DNA of 64,000 nucleotides. Origin: Barthelona sp. PCE. Its lineage: Eukaryota. The notes under the pieces were generated by a model, which was not told where the DNA came from, did not search any database, and worked only from the letters and a program-made list of their open reading frames with translations. This document shows, piece by piece, positions 31,177 through 40,878 of this stretch. Where the stretch lies: NCBI GenBank assembly GCA_040285745.1, contig JAUFOR010000008.1, forward strand, positions 1,984,001 to 2,048,000, in the 5' to 3' direction. Numbering within the stretch: the stretch's first letter is position 1; each line of letters opens with the position of its first letter. Both the position numbers and the translations under genes were made by a program.

Positions 31177-32442
31177 ATGAAGTTCAACATACTTTGTAGC
31201 GGGCTCATTTTGCTCGTGGCACTCGTTTCTGCATGCCACGCAGAGAAAATCGGCAGTTTCGCTGTTTTTACAGACGTTCATCTCGCCGACAAGTACCACG
31301 CTGGCTCTGACCCAAAGTCCTTGTGCATCAAGGGAACTGGTAGCGCTGCATACTTCGGAGACACGCATTGTGACGCACCAATCCAATTGATTGACAGTGC
31401 CGTTGAGTTCGCCGCTTCGCTCCCCGATGTCAATTTCTACGCTTTTCTTGGCGACATCCTCCCTCAAAAGGCCACTGAAAAGAAGGAGGATCTCAAGTTC
31501 ACACGCGATCAGCTCGAAGAGTCTATCGACAAGATGGGCAGTGTCATGCGCAAGCACCTCGCCGGCCGCGATGTCATGCTGTCTCTTGGCAATCACGATA
31601 TGGTACCACTCTACCACCACAACGCCAAATCGACATGGTTGTACAGTCGTGTTGCCCACAAATATTGGCAGGACTTTTTCCATCCCAACGAACGCGATTC
31701 TTTCGCAAAGGGTGCCTTCTACTACCGCGACTTTTACAAGATTGGGCTCCGTGTTATCGTTATCAATACCAACCTGTATTCTTCGACCAACCTTCCTCAT
31801 GTTAACAAGGATGTGCTGGGGCAGTGGAAGTGGTTCCAGTCTCTCGTCGAGGACTGCCCCTTCAAGATCCTCGTCCTCGGGCACAACCCCCCGGGCGTGA
31901 TGGGCAATAATGACATTCCGGTCATGTGGGCTGAGGGAGCTAAGATTTTGATGCAAAACATGAATAACAAAAACATTATCGGGCAAGTTTATGGTCATCT
32001 TCATACTGATACATTCATTGTAGGTGATACTCATGGTATTTGGATGACACCTTCAATTTCACCAAAGGATCATGAACCCTTCTATGACGGCAACAATCCA
32101 ACTGTTCGTATTTACCATATTGGGTATACCCCTAAAAAGGGAGTACACATGATGGATTACGATCAGTATTACCTTGATCTCACAAAGTACGGTCCAAATG
32201 ATAAGATAGCTGATTGGAAGCTACAATACAAATGGAGTGATTATGGAGTGAGTGACATGACCATTGAATCCGCTAAAAAGGTCTTGCACAAGATTAAAAC
32301 TGATCAAACAACCAAAGACCTATTTGTTGAGCGCAATTCGGTCGGTTGTCCTCGCTCAAAAATAACCCCTCGCATTGTTAAACAGCTGGTTTGTGCTGTT
32401 GAGAATTGGGCATGGCACAAGTATTACGCCTGTCTTTTATAG
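31177..32442 (+). CDS. Secreted acid sphingomyelinase-like/Ppn1-family metallophosphoesterase, copy B
   Basis: Same motifs as copy A; first ~246 aa identical, C-terminal ~175 aa diverged. Confidence 0.88.
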   Translation: MKFNILCSGLILLVALVSACHAEKIGSFAVFTDVHLADKYHAGSDPKSLCIKGTGSAAYFGDTHCDAPIQLIDSAVEFAASLPDVNFYAFLGDILPQKATEKKEDLKFTRDQLEESIDKMGSVMRKHLAGRDVMLSLGNHDMVPLYHHNAKSTWLYSRVAHKYWQDFFHPNERDSFAKGAFYYRDFYKIGLRVIVINTNLYSSTNLPHVNKDVLGQWKWFQSLVEDCPFKILVLGHNPPGVMGNNDIPVMWAEGAKILMQNMNNKNIIGQVYGHLHTDTFIVGDTHGIWMTPSISPKDHEPFYDGNNPTVRIYHIGYTPKKGVHMMDYDQYYLDLTKYGPNDKIADWKLQYKWSDYGVSDMTIESAKKVLHKIKTDQTTKDLFVERNSVGCPRSKITPRIVKQLVCAVENWAWHKYYACLL

Positions 32443-32472
32443 TAAAGTCTTATTTGTTTACTATTGATATAT

Positions 32473-35400
32473 TTACCAGTCATCATCATCTGAATCAGAG
32501 AAAAGTACGCTGTATTTCGTATTAGAAACTGAAGGTGATACAGATTCACTATCCGTTTCATCGAGAAGAAGAGGTTTTGATGCAACTTCTTCAACTGGCT
32601 CTTCCTCATCTTCGGTAAATGTTATTTGGATTTTTGTGTGCTTAGGAACTTCTTCCTTGACAATGGATGGACTTAACTCCTCAACCTGTTCAGGAACTTC
32701 AGCAGTAACTTCAGGCGATTCCACTACTTCTTCTGTAACTTCTTCAACAACCACAACTGTTTCCTCATCTTCTGTTACTTCCATTGTTTCATTAGGTTCA
32801 TCAAAAACTTCATGCTTTGGTTCTTCAACAACAGGTTCTGGTTCTTCAACAATAGGTTCTGGCTCCTCCTCAACAACAGGTTTTGGTTCTTCAACAACAG
32901 GTTCTGGCTCCTCCTCAATAACAGGTTTTGGTTCTTCAACAACAGGTTCTGGCTCCTCTTCAACAGGCTTTGGTTCTTCAACAATAGGTTCTTGCTCCAC
33001 CTCAACAACTGGTTCAATGACCTCTGGCTCTGATTCGGATTCAACACCAAAAGATGAATCACTGGGCTCTTCAACAGGCTCAACCTCAGGTTCGGGAACA
33101 TACTCATCATTAACAAATTTCTCAGTTTCCTTAGGCTCAGGTTCCTTGGGCTCAGGTTCCGAGTCGGTGTCCCATTCACTGCTGTCGGTGAAAGGTACTG
33201 CAACCTTGTCTGCAACTGGTGGAATGTAGTCATCATCTTCAACACTGTCATTTTCAACAACGGCAGTGTTAACAGCCACACCTCCAAAATCAAAGTCACT
33301 CTCCTCATCACTTTCCACCGTCGGTTCAACGGCAGTGGGCTCAATGTAAACAGGCTCTGGCTCTGGTTCATAGACTTCTTCATCTTCAACCAACTCTTCA
33401 GCTAATTGCTCAGGTTCCGACTCCTCAAAATCTGACTCTTCCTCCTCATAATCTTCCTCATCATCTTCAGGTTCGGGGAACTCACCATACTCTTCGTAGT
33501 GCTTGAACAAAACCCCAATCTCAGATTTGAGAATTAAAGCAAACGAACCAACGACCGTATCATCATCGATAGAGTCGGCAACAGCAAAGTAAAGGTGGTT
33601 AACAACATGCTGGATCTTTTCCTTGGTTCCTTCCCAGTCATCTCTGGGTTCAGCCAAGGTAACCTGATAGTTGGCAATCTCATCCTTGTAGGTATCAACC
33701 TGTAGCTCAAGGGAGTTTGCATGACTTGACCATTGAGTCACAGCGTCCTCATATGATGACAGTGAAGCTTCGAGGGTTGTGATTTTCTCGGTCAGAGCGT
33801 TCTCATTCTCGATCTTTGCCTGTGCTTCCTGACGCAACGAGCTAATGTACCCGTTCAACTCCTCGATCTTCGCAAGATGCTGCTCCTCATCACTTTCCAG
33901 GCGAACAATCTTTTCGTCGCAGTGAGCAAGACGCTTCTCCAATCCACCAATAGTGTCGTTCGAAATCGCAAAATCCGTCTGAACCTTTGACATTTCAACA
34001 CGGAGGGTGCTGGTGTTGTGCTCCTCTGCCGCCAATCTACCGTTCAGTGTTGTGATTCGCTCATCTTTCTGCTTAATCTCTTCGCGTAAATAAGCAACCT
34101 CACCACGGAGCTTGTCAACTTGCTCTAGTTCCATCTTCATGTCACGGACAGTCTGCTCTTCTGCCTCCAGTTGGCCCTTGAGAGCCTCCATTGCTTCTTG
34201 TTTGGCTTCAAGACGTGAATGCATGAAACGAAGGCTGTCATCACGCTCTGTAACCTGCGATTTGAGTTCTCCGACCTGTTTAATCAGAGTTGTTAGACTG
34301 GAAATCACACTTGCTACCGTTGTATCAGCATCAATCTCAAGCGAAAGTTCACTGTTGATACGATCAAACCCGCTGTCAACACGGACTCCAAGATCTTGGA
34401 CGCGCTCAGTAACACCCCTTATCTCCTGAACCACACCGGTATTGGGCATGTTCATCTGGGCCTGCATCTGAGGTTGCATCTGAGGTTGCATCTGAGGTTG
34501 CATCATTGGTTGAGGCTGATAATTATTCTGATAGTAACCATTCTGATACATTCGTTGCTGCATCTGGGGATCCATGTGATGCGGCTGAGACATGTACTGC
34601 GGCTGACGACGATCGTACTGATGCTGCGGCTCAGGTTCATGGTGATACGGATTGCTACTTCCATAATAATGCGGCTGCACAGGTTGACTGTGTCTAGGCG
34701 CAGCTGAGTGATGTGAGTGTTGTGAATGTTGCCCAGTGTACTGCTCAGAGCGTGCTGTCTCACTGACTGGTGCCTCGTGCACATCTTGTTTGGGACTTTT
34801 TCCCGCTATTTCATCTGCAAAACGTGCTGCAGCCTCATTCTCAGCGTATGCCTGTCGCCTGATCTTCTCGATCTTTTCCTCATGGGAAAGCTCAGGTGCA
34901 GCGGATTCATCAGCGATAACTGCGACAGGTTGAGCTGTCGGCTTTTTAGGCATTTTAAACTTGAGTAAATCGACCTCAAAGATAAGATTAGAGTTGGGTG
35001 GAACGCCTGCTACCTCCTGATCACCGTAGCCAAAACGTGCTGGAACACGGACAATTCTTTTTCCGCCTCTCTGCATGCCAATCATTCCAATACTGAGTCC
35101 ACTGACAATTTTCTCACCGCCAATAACAAAGGCAAATCCCTTACTGGTCTTGCACTCATCAACGAGCCTACCACGACTGAAATGACCTTCATCAATGTAA
35201 ACTGCATAATTAACTTTTACCTTAAACCCATCACCAATAGCGGTTCCTTGACCTATGACTTCATCATTGAACTCAACCTCTGGCTCGACAAACGGCTTAA
35301 TGTGACCAATAAATGTCTGGGCAAGATCTTTGCTCTGGAATCCAAGAATATAATCGCTGCCTTGAAATTTAAACGACCAATAAACATCATCGTGGATCAG

Positions 35401-35688
35401 GTCTAGCTTTAAATTTGCACCAAGAACTAACTCTAATACTCCTCGGCCTTGAATGAAAAAGCGAATCATTCCTTTACCTGATGTTTGTTCTTTAACAACA
35501 TTAAAAGCATCTGCAACCTGATGATAACCGTTGTTGGTCACGTACAGCGTCGCAGGTGAACTGAAAAGTGTTGTAATTAATGGTGCTGCATTGCCAGACT
35601 GAACTACTGGTGCTTGAGGTCTCTGATATGAAAAATCTGGGTCCTCATCGGACTCATCGAAGAGACTATCGAATTTGTTAGGTGCCAT
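32473..35688 (-). CDS. FKBP15-like protein (FKBP domain, coiled coil, acidic tail)
   Basis: FKBP domain (F.F.IG..KIVSGL..GM.GM..GGKR.V.VP..FGYG....GVPPNSNLIFEVDL); acidic N-terminal SLFDESDEDPDF and C-terminal LFSDSDDDDW resemble FKBP15 ends. Confidence 0.78.
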   Translation of the reverse strand: MAPNKFDSLFDESDEDPDFSYQRPQAPVVQSGNAAPLITTLFSSPATLYVTNNGYHQVADAFNVVKEQTSGKGMIRFFIQGRGVLELVLGANLKLDLIHDDVYWSFKFQGSDYILGFQSKDLAQTFIGHIKPFVEPEVEFNDEVIGQGTAIGDGFKVKVNYAVYIDEGHFSRGRLVDECKTSKGFAFVIGGEKIVSGLSIGMIGMQRGGKRIVRVPARFGYGDQEVAGVPPNSNLIFEVDLLKFKMPKKPTAQPVAVIADESAAPELSHEEKIEKIRRQAYAENEAAARFADEIAGKSPKQDVHEAPVSETARSEQYTGQHSQHSHHSAAPRHSQPVQPHYYGSSNPYHHEPEPQHQYDRRQPQYMSQPHHMDPQMQQRMYQNGYYQNNYQPQPMMQPQMQPQMQPQMQAQMNMPNTGVVQEIRGVTERVQDLGVRVDSGFDRINSELSLEIDADTTVASVISSLTTLIKQVGELKSQVTERDDSLRFMHSRLEAKQEAMEALKGQLEAEEQTVRDMKMELEQVDKLRGEVAYLREEIKQKDERITTLNGRLAAEEHNTSTLRVEMSKVQTDFAISNDTIGGLEKRLAHCDEKIVRLESDEEQHLAKIEELNGYISSLRQEAQAKIENENALTEKITTLEASLSSYEDAVTQWSSHANSLELQVDTYKDEIANYQVTLAEPRDDWEGTKEKIQHVVNHLYFAVADSIDDDTVVGSFALILKSEIGVLFKHYEEYGEFPEPEDDEEDYEEEESDFEESEPEQLAEELVEDEEVYEPEPEPVYIEPTAVEPTVESDEESDFDFGGVAVNTAVVENDSVEDDDYIPPVADKVAVPFTDSSEWDTDSEPEPKEPEPKETEKFVNDEYVPEPEVEPVEEPSDSSFGVESESEPEVIEPVVEVEQEPIVEEPKPVEEEPEPVVEEPKPVIEEEPEPVVEEPKPVVEEEPEPIVEEPEPVVEEPKHEVFDEPNETMEVTEDEETVVVVEEVTEEVVESPEVTAEVPEQVEELSPSIVKEEVPKHTKIQITFTEDEEEPVEEVASKPLLLDETDSESVSPSVSNTKYSVLFSDSDDDDW
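32815..32995 (-). repeat. Coding tandem repeat (V/I-V/I-EEPKP / EEEPEP units, 21-24 bp)
   Basis: Alternating ggttcttcaacaacagg / ggctcctcctcaacaacagg units. Confidence 0.85.
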
Positions 35689-35853
35689 TGTGTTGTTAAG
35701 CACGTGAAAGGAAAGATAAAAAAAAACAACCAAACTCTGAAATGAAACTCCTTTGTAGAACTAAGAACGACATATTCCATGGGTATACGTCTCACCAAGT
35801 TCAATATTTTGGACAATATGTCATACTTATTTATCCACCCTTTTCACTAACAA

Positions 35854-37614
35854 ATGAGTAACCCAGGTAAAAGAACATTTAAGCCATTCATTCCACAGGG
35901 CGATCTCCCCACCTTTACACCATCAGCACAACCTGCACTCAACCCCCAACAGATGCAACAAATGCTGTTGAACTTCAACATGCAACAACAGAATAGACAA
36001 CCCGTCACTGCTGCACAACAACCTGCTCCTGCTCCAAAGAAGCGTAAGTTGGTTCTGAAAAAGACTAAAAAGAATGCTGTTAATGAAGCACCTGTTCCTG
36101 TTGTTCAGGAAAAGGTTGAAGAGAAGCCAAGCAACTGGGAAGAAGAGGCCCAGAAGGCTGAGGAAGCTCAGCAACAAAAAATTCAAGAAGAAGCTCAGGC
36201 TAAAAAAGAAGCTGAAGAGTTGGCAAAGCTTGCTGAAGATCTTCAGAATAAGGTCGATGAAAAAGCTGAAATCGAGGAGAATGATATTGAAATCACTACT
36301 GATGAGGAAGGCGATACTCGTAAGCACATGAATGTAATTTTCATCGGGCACGTCGATCACGGCAAGTCCACATTATCAGGTAGAATCATGGTTTCGACTG
36401 GCAACATTGAAAGTCGTGATTTCCAACGTTTCGAACGTGAAGCAAAGCAAAAAGGTCGCGAAAGCTGGTTGTATGCTTATGCTTTTGATACTGACGAAGC
36501 CGAGCGCGAGAAGGGAAAAACCATTGAGGTCGGACAAGCACAGTTCGAAACCGAGCACAAGAGATACACCATCCTTGATGCCCCTGGTCATGCTGGTTAT
36601 GTCAACTACATGATTGGTGGTGCCTCACAGGCTGACTCCGCTGTATTGGTTGTTTCTGCCAGATCTGGTGAATTTGAAGCTGGTTTCAAGCGTGATGGAC
36701 AAACCCAAGAACATGCAATGATCGCAAAGACTGCCGGTGTCAAATCTCTTGTTGTTGCCATTAACAAGATGGATGATGCTACTTGCCAATGGAACGAGTC
36801 TAGGTATGAAGAAATTAAGTGCAACCTTGAGGAATTCCTGCCAAAGATTGGTTTCAGAAAGAATGATGTTAAGTTTCTTCCCGTTTCTGGTCTCCAAGGC
36901 GTAAATATCACAAACAGAGCACCCGATAGTCACCCAAGCAAGGCATTCTATGATGGTCCCTGTTTGCTAGAAATTCTCGACAACACCGAACCCCCACAAA
37001 GACTTTTCGATCAACCCTTCCGTATGCCCGTCACCGCAAAGATGCGTGAGGGTTCATACTGTTCCGTCATTGGAAAAATTGAAACGGGTTGTGTGGCTCC
37101 TGGTGATCACCTTATCATCTCTCCCGATAACAGCGAAGTTATTGTCCAAGATGTCTATTATAGTTATTCTAACGCACGTGTCGAACGCGGTGAGCCCGGT
37201 GACTCTGTTCGCATTAAGGTTAAAAATCTTTCCTATGATCAAGTTCATGAGGGATCAGTAGCTTGTGCTGTTGACAGTTACTGTAAGACTGCCAGAGCAT
37301 TTGTTGCACAAACTAACATTATCAAACTGGATACAATTCTTTCTAACGGTTTCTGCTGTGTTATGCACATGCACTCCATTCAAATTGAAGTGAGTGTTGA
37401 TCTAATCCTTGCTACACTTGATAAACGCACTAGAAAGATTGATAAGAAGTATCCTAGACAATTGATGGAGGGAGATTCCGCTCTAATTCGTTTCAAACCT
37501 GATTCTCCCATTGCACTCGAATTATTCGATGAATTCCAACAATTAGGTAGATTTGTACTTCGTAGTGGTGGTGTTACCCACGGTTTCGGTATTGTTAAGA
37601 AGATTATTGAGTAA
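35854..37614 (+). CDS. SUP35: Eukaryotic release factor 3 (eRF3/Sup35)
   Basis: NVIFIGHVDHGKST, EREAK.KGRESW, EREKGKTIEVG, DAPGH..MIGGASQAD, GQTQEH, NKMDD; Q-rich/charged N-terminal extension. Confidence 0.93.
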   Translation: MSNPGKRTFKPFIPQGDLPTFTPSAQPALNPQQMQQMLLNFNMQQQNRQPVTAAQQPAPAPKKRKLVLKKTKKNAVNEAPVPVVQEKVEEKPSNWEEEAQKAEEAQQQKIQEEAQAKKEAEELAKLAEDLQNKVDEKAEIEENDIEITTDEEGDTRKHMNVIFIGHVDHGKSTLSGRIMVSTGNIESRDFQRFEREAKQKGRESWLYAYAFDTDEAEREKGKTIEVGQAQFETEHKRYTILDAPGHAGYVNYMIGGASQADSAVLVVSARSGEFEAGFKRDGQTQEHAMIAKTAGVKSLVVAINKMDDATCQWNESRYEEIKCNLEEFLPKIGFRKNDVKFLPVSGLQGVNITNRAPDSHPSKAFYDGPCLLEILDNTEPPQRLFDQPFRMPVTAKMREGSYCSVIGKIETGCVAPGDHLIISPDNSEVIVQDVYYSYSNARVERGEPGDSVRIKVKNLSYDQVHEGSVACAVDSYCKTARAFVAQTNIIKLDTILSNGFCCVMHMHSIQIEVSVDLILATLDKRTRKIDKKYPRQLMEGDSALIRFKPDSPIALELFDEFQQLGRFVLRSGGVTHGFGIVKKIIE

Positions 37615-37647
37615 GCAAACAAATAAACTGATTTATTTAATTCATCT

Positions 37648-39843
37648 TTAATTAAAGCTGAGTGTTGTTGTGTTAAGATCAAGATCGGTTTCACTCAATA
37701 TGAAATCATCTTCATTCAGCTCTAAACTATCATCTTTCGGCTTCTCCTCATTTGTTGCTCTGCTCTTTAAATTTAACTTAGAAAAATCAAATTTGGGGAT
37801 CTCAGGAGACACATCAACATTACCACTTGATTCTAACTGGACTGTTGGGGTGTTGTTTCTTGGTGTGTTCAGATCAGAATCAAGCTGAATATTTTCATCA
37901 TCGAGTGACTCGCTCAAGTTGAGTCCCTCATTAACAAGGTCTGCCTTGAACAATTCCAATGACGGGGGCTCGGCAGGTGTCATATTCAAGGCACCTAGAG
38001 ACTTCTTGTCAACGTCACTAACAACTGAAGTTGATAGCGGTTCCACTTTCTCCTGTTCGCCGAGATTCTTCACATAATCAGTCATTGGCTCTATATCAAG
38101 CCCACCACTCCCCTTATCAACGGGAAGTACTGTGTCTGTTGTATCAACTGGCTTATCCTCTGTTACATTTGGAATATCAACTACTTCAACAGGATCATCA
38201 TTCACCAAAGTATCAGTTTTCTCTTCCTCAACATCGCTTGTCTTCTCCAATGCTGCGTTGGCTCTAACAATAACATCATCGGACTGTTCCTTGTTCTCTC
38301 TCTCTTGCTCAATTGCGAGCAGACGATCGAACTCATCTGAGCTGTAATCGTGAACATCATCTGTGCCACCAATTGCTGGAATATAAAAATCTTCATTGGT
38401 CTCCTTCTCTTCGCTCTTAACATCTTCCAAATCCAGACTGGGAATGTCAATACTAGGCATTTCTGACACCGTTTCTGGCTTTTTGAATACAGCGCTGTTC
38501 TCTGGATCATGATCATCCTCGTTATCTGTACTTTGCAATGGAGTTGTGGGATTTCCCCTGACTGACTTCTGTGATTCGGGAGATTCTGACTTTTCTGAAC
38601 CAGTTAGTGACTCTGTTTTGGGTGTTTGTGGAGATGCAGGACCTAAAACACTACCAATTACAACCTTCTTCCGAGGTAAAGTAACAGTTGGAATATCAGT
38701 TCCTTTTTCGGATTTTTCTTCTCCTTCTGATGATGTTACAACGCTACCAACGGTGCGCTTGGCCGTAGTCGGTTGTTTAGTAGACTTGATGTTCTCTGCC
38801 CGCAAAGGCTCAACAATGGTGGATTCCTCTTCCTCTACAACAGTGTTGACAACAGGAATATCGTTCATAACAACAGGCCGCTTCTCATGCACAAAATTAT
38901 TCTCCATAAAACCTCTCCAAGGTGCTTGTGAAGCGCTGTTAGCATTAATTAATGATACAGTTTGTACTTGTGTATCCTTAATCTCTCTCATCGAACGCTC
39001 AACTGATGCCGTAACGTTCTGCTCCATGCGACTGAACATGTCCGACATAAAGTCTCTGATGTCACACTTGAATTCCCTCAGAGCAATTGGCATCTGAGAC
39101 AATGACTGTAAATCGCTCAACTGCTGTACGTTATATTTCATCTCCATCATACTGGATGCGAGAGAGTCTATGCTGCTGTTGGCTGCTGTGATCCCTTCTG
39201 TTAATCCGGAAACATCAGTGGGTTGGTAAGAAGTTTGGACAGTGTGTGTGGGTTGTGCAACTGATACAACTGGAGCTATTGGTTCCGGTTGGGATGCAGT
39301 CCTCTTCCTCATCAAGGGGTTCCGCTCAAGAGGCTCTGTTGTTAATATAGGGACCATATTATCATCACAATGTTGCGGATGTGTTTTGGATATATGCTTA
39401 TAGAGATAATCCATCGAACCAAAGAGCTTCCCGCAGAACTCACATCTATAACTATCAACTATTTCGTCGCCACAAGGCTCCATGCCCTTTAATTCAAGAA
39501 TTTCACGGCGCAATCTTGTAAGAGCATTTTTCTGATCGCTTACTGTGGTCATAAGCTTCTCATTTTGTTCAGAAAGCTCCTCGTTCTCGTGCTGAAGATA
39601 ATACTGACCATGTAGCATGTATTCAATAATGTATTGACTCAATTGAAACAATTTTACGAGGTTGGGATCGGATTGTGCCATGGCTGCTTCGCTCTCAATA
39701 TCACTGAAAGCTACAGTGGGTAGAATTTCCTGCAATGCATCAACATCAACGTTGGATATCATTTCTGAAATATCAATGCCCCAAATCAAACTCCAATCCA
39801 CGCGCCCTGTGCGTGGCTTAAAATTAAACACTGGTGGTTCCAT
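37648..39843 (-). CDS. DZIP1/Iguana-like ciliary C2H2 zinc-finger protein
   Basis: N-terminal FNFKPR..RVDW..I..IDI..DVDALQE....F; LFQLSQYIIEYMLH.Q; CEFCGKLF....YL.KH...TH. Confidence 0.82.
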   Translation of the reverse strand: MEPPVFNFKPRTGRVDWSLIWGIDISEMISNVDVDALQEILPTVAFSDIESEAAMAQSDPNLVKLFQLSQYIIEYMLHGQYYLQHENEELSEQNEKLMTTVSDQKNALTRLRREILELKGMEPCGDEIVDSYRCEFCGKLFGSMDYLYKHISKTHPQHCDDNMVPILTTEPLERNPLMRKRTASQPEPIAPVVSVAQPTHTVQTSYQPTDVSGLTEGITAANSSIDSLASSMMEMKYNVQQLSDLQSLSQMPIALREFKCDIRDFMSDMFSRMEQNVTASVERSMREIKDTQVQTVSLINANSASQAPWRGFMENNFVHEKRPVVMNDIPVVNTVVEEEESTIVEPLRAENIKSTKQPTTAKRTVGSVVTSSEGEEKSEKGTDIPTVTLPRKKVVIGSVLGPASPQTPKTESLTGSEKSESPESQKSVRGNPTTPLQSTDNEDDHDPENSAVFKKPETVSEMPSIDIPSLDLEDVKSEEKETNEDFYIPAIGGTDDVHDYSSDEFDRLLAIEQERENKEQSDDVIVRANAALEKTSDVEEEKTDTLVNDDPVEVVDIPNVTEDKPVDTTDTVLPVDKGSGGLDIEPMTDYVKNLGEQEKVEPLSTSVVSDVDKKSLGALNMTPAEPPSLELFKADLVNEGLNLSESLDDENIQLDSDLNTPRNNTPTVQLESSGNVDVSPEIPKFDFSKLNLKSRATNEEKPKDDSLELNEDDFILSETDLDLNTTTLSFN

Positions 39844-40275
39844 AACTATTTTGGCGGAAGTTGTGTGATGGAGAAAAATTGTAAAGCATTGTTGAATTCT
39901 GGATACACGTTACATACTTTGCTAACGAGAGGGAAGTTGCTATATAAGCACATTTTTTTTTGCATATACTGAGCAAATAAAACAATGAAAAAAAACAAAA
40001 AAAGTGCAGGTCATTCTTTTAATGCGTTAACATATACTTGTATAGTGTTTTATATATGTGTAGTGCACCTTATTTAATCAATAAAATGTGCAAATATCTG
40101 CTTGAATAGAGCAACCAATACCCAGGTACACTCTATTTATCAATAACTATATTTAGCAGAGTGAACCAAGGTATAAAATTAATATGGAACATATACAATA
40201 AATTTAAACTTCGATATACGTCAATATATGTGCATTCTGTATTTCTTTCCTTTTCATAAGAAAAAAATTAGTAAG

Positions 40276-40869
40276 ATGACACAGATGTACCCGCAATACA
40301 TGCAGCAGGTCCAACAGGGGCAAATGGTTTACACACAACAAATACCTATGCAACAAATGCCTCAAACCATCCCAGTTTCTGGAATGACAATGAATCCCTA
40401 TGTCCAAACCGTGCCTCAATCTTTGCAAAACCAATATCATCAACAAGTTGCTGCAATGAATCAACTAAATATGGCCCGAACAAGCGCACAATTTCAATAC
40501 GCTAATCAAGGACTTCCTTTAAAACAACAGGCAACAAACATGAGCTATATGAACCAGCAGCAGCAACAGCATTATGTGCAAAAAAAAGACAGACCTTTGG
40601 CAAACAAGAAATGGGGATTGCTTCCTCAGATGAAAAATATTTGTGACAAAGCTAAACAGGAAATGATCTTCCTCTCCACTATGCGCGCTGAGCTTGATAG
40701 ACTCAAGGTATATTCAGGTAGGCGCGAAAGTACTGCACCAACAGTGAGTGTAAGTCCAAGCGTAAGACAGGTACAATCTTTAATGTCACGTCATCCTTAC
40801 TACGCATCGACTGTTCCTGCACTTCTATTGACAACAAAGAGTGGAGGAGCGTACCGTGCACTTGAATAA
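40276..40869 (+). CDS. Hypothetical Q/M/P-rich protein
   Basis: ORF preceded by the CCTTTTCA element at 40249; low-complexity N-terminus. Confidence 0.6.
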   Translation: MTQMYPQYMQQVQQGQMVYTQQIPMQQMPQTIPVSGMTMNPYVQTVPQSLQNQYHQQVAAMNQLNMARTSAQFQYANQGLPLKQQATNMSYMNQQQQQHYVQKKDRPLANKKWGLLPQMKNICDKAKQEMIFLSTMRAELDRLKVYSGRRESTAPTVSVSPSVRQVQSLMSRHPYYASTVPALLLTTKSGGAYRALE

Positions 40870-40878
40870 CGTTTCTAT

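Larger units (their letters stand above)
30069..31916. repeat. Right arm of ~1.85 kb inverted repeat
   Basis: Reverse complement of 25511-27360; the inner boundary is sharp at 30069/27360. Confidence 0.95.

Noticed and set aside
25511-31916. Transposon terminal inverted repeats
   Set aside because: No transposase or target-site duplication; the arms consist of host genes and fade into diverged paralogous sequence
32636-33229. Ser/Thr/Gly-rich 197-aa ORF resembling a mucin or adhesin
   Set aside because: Antisense reading of the EEPKP/EEPEP repeats of the FKBP15-like gene
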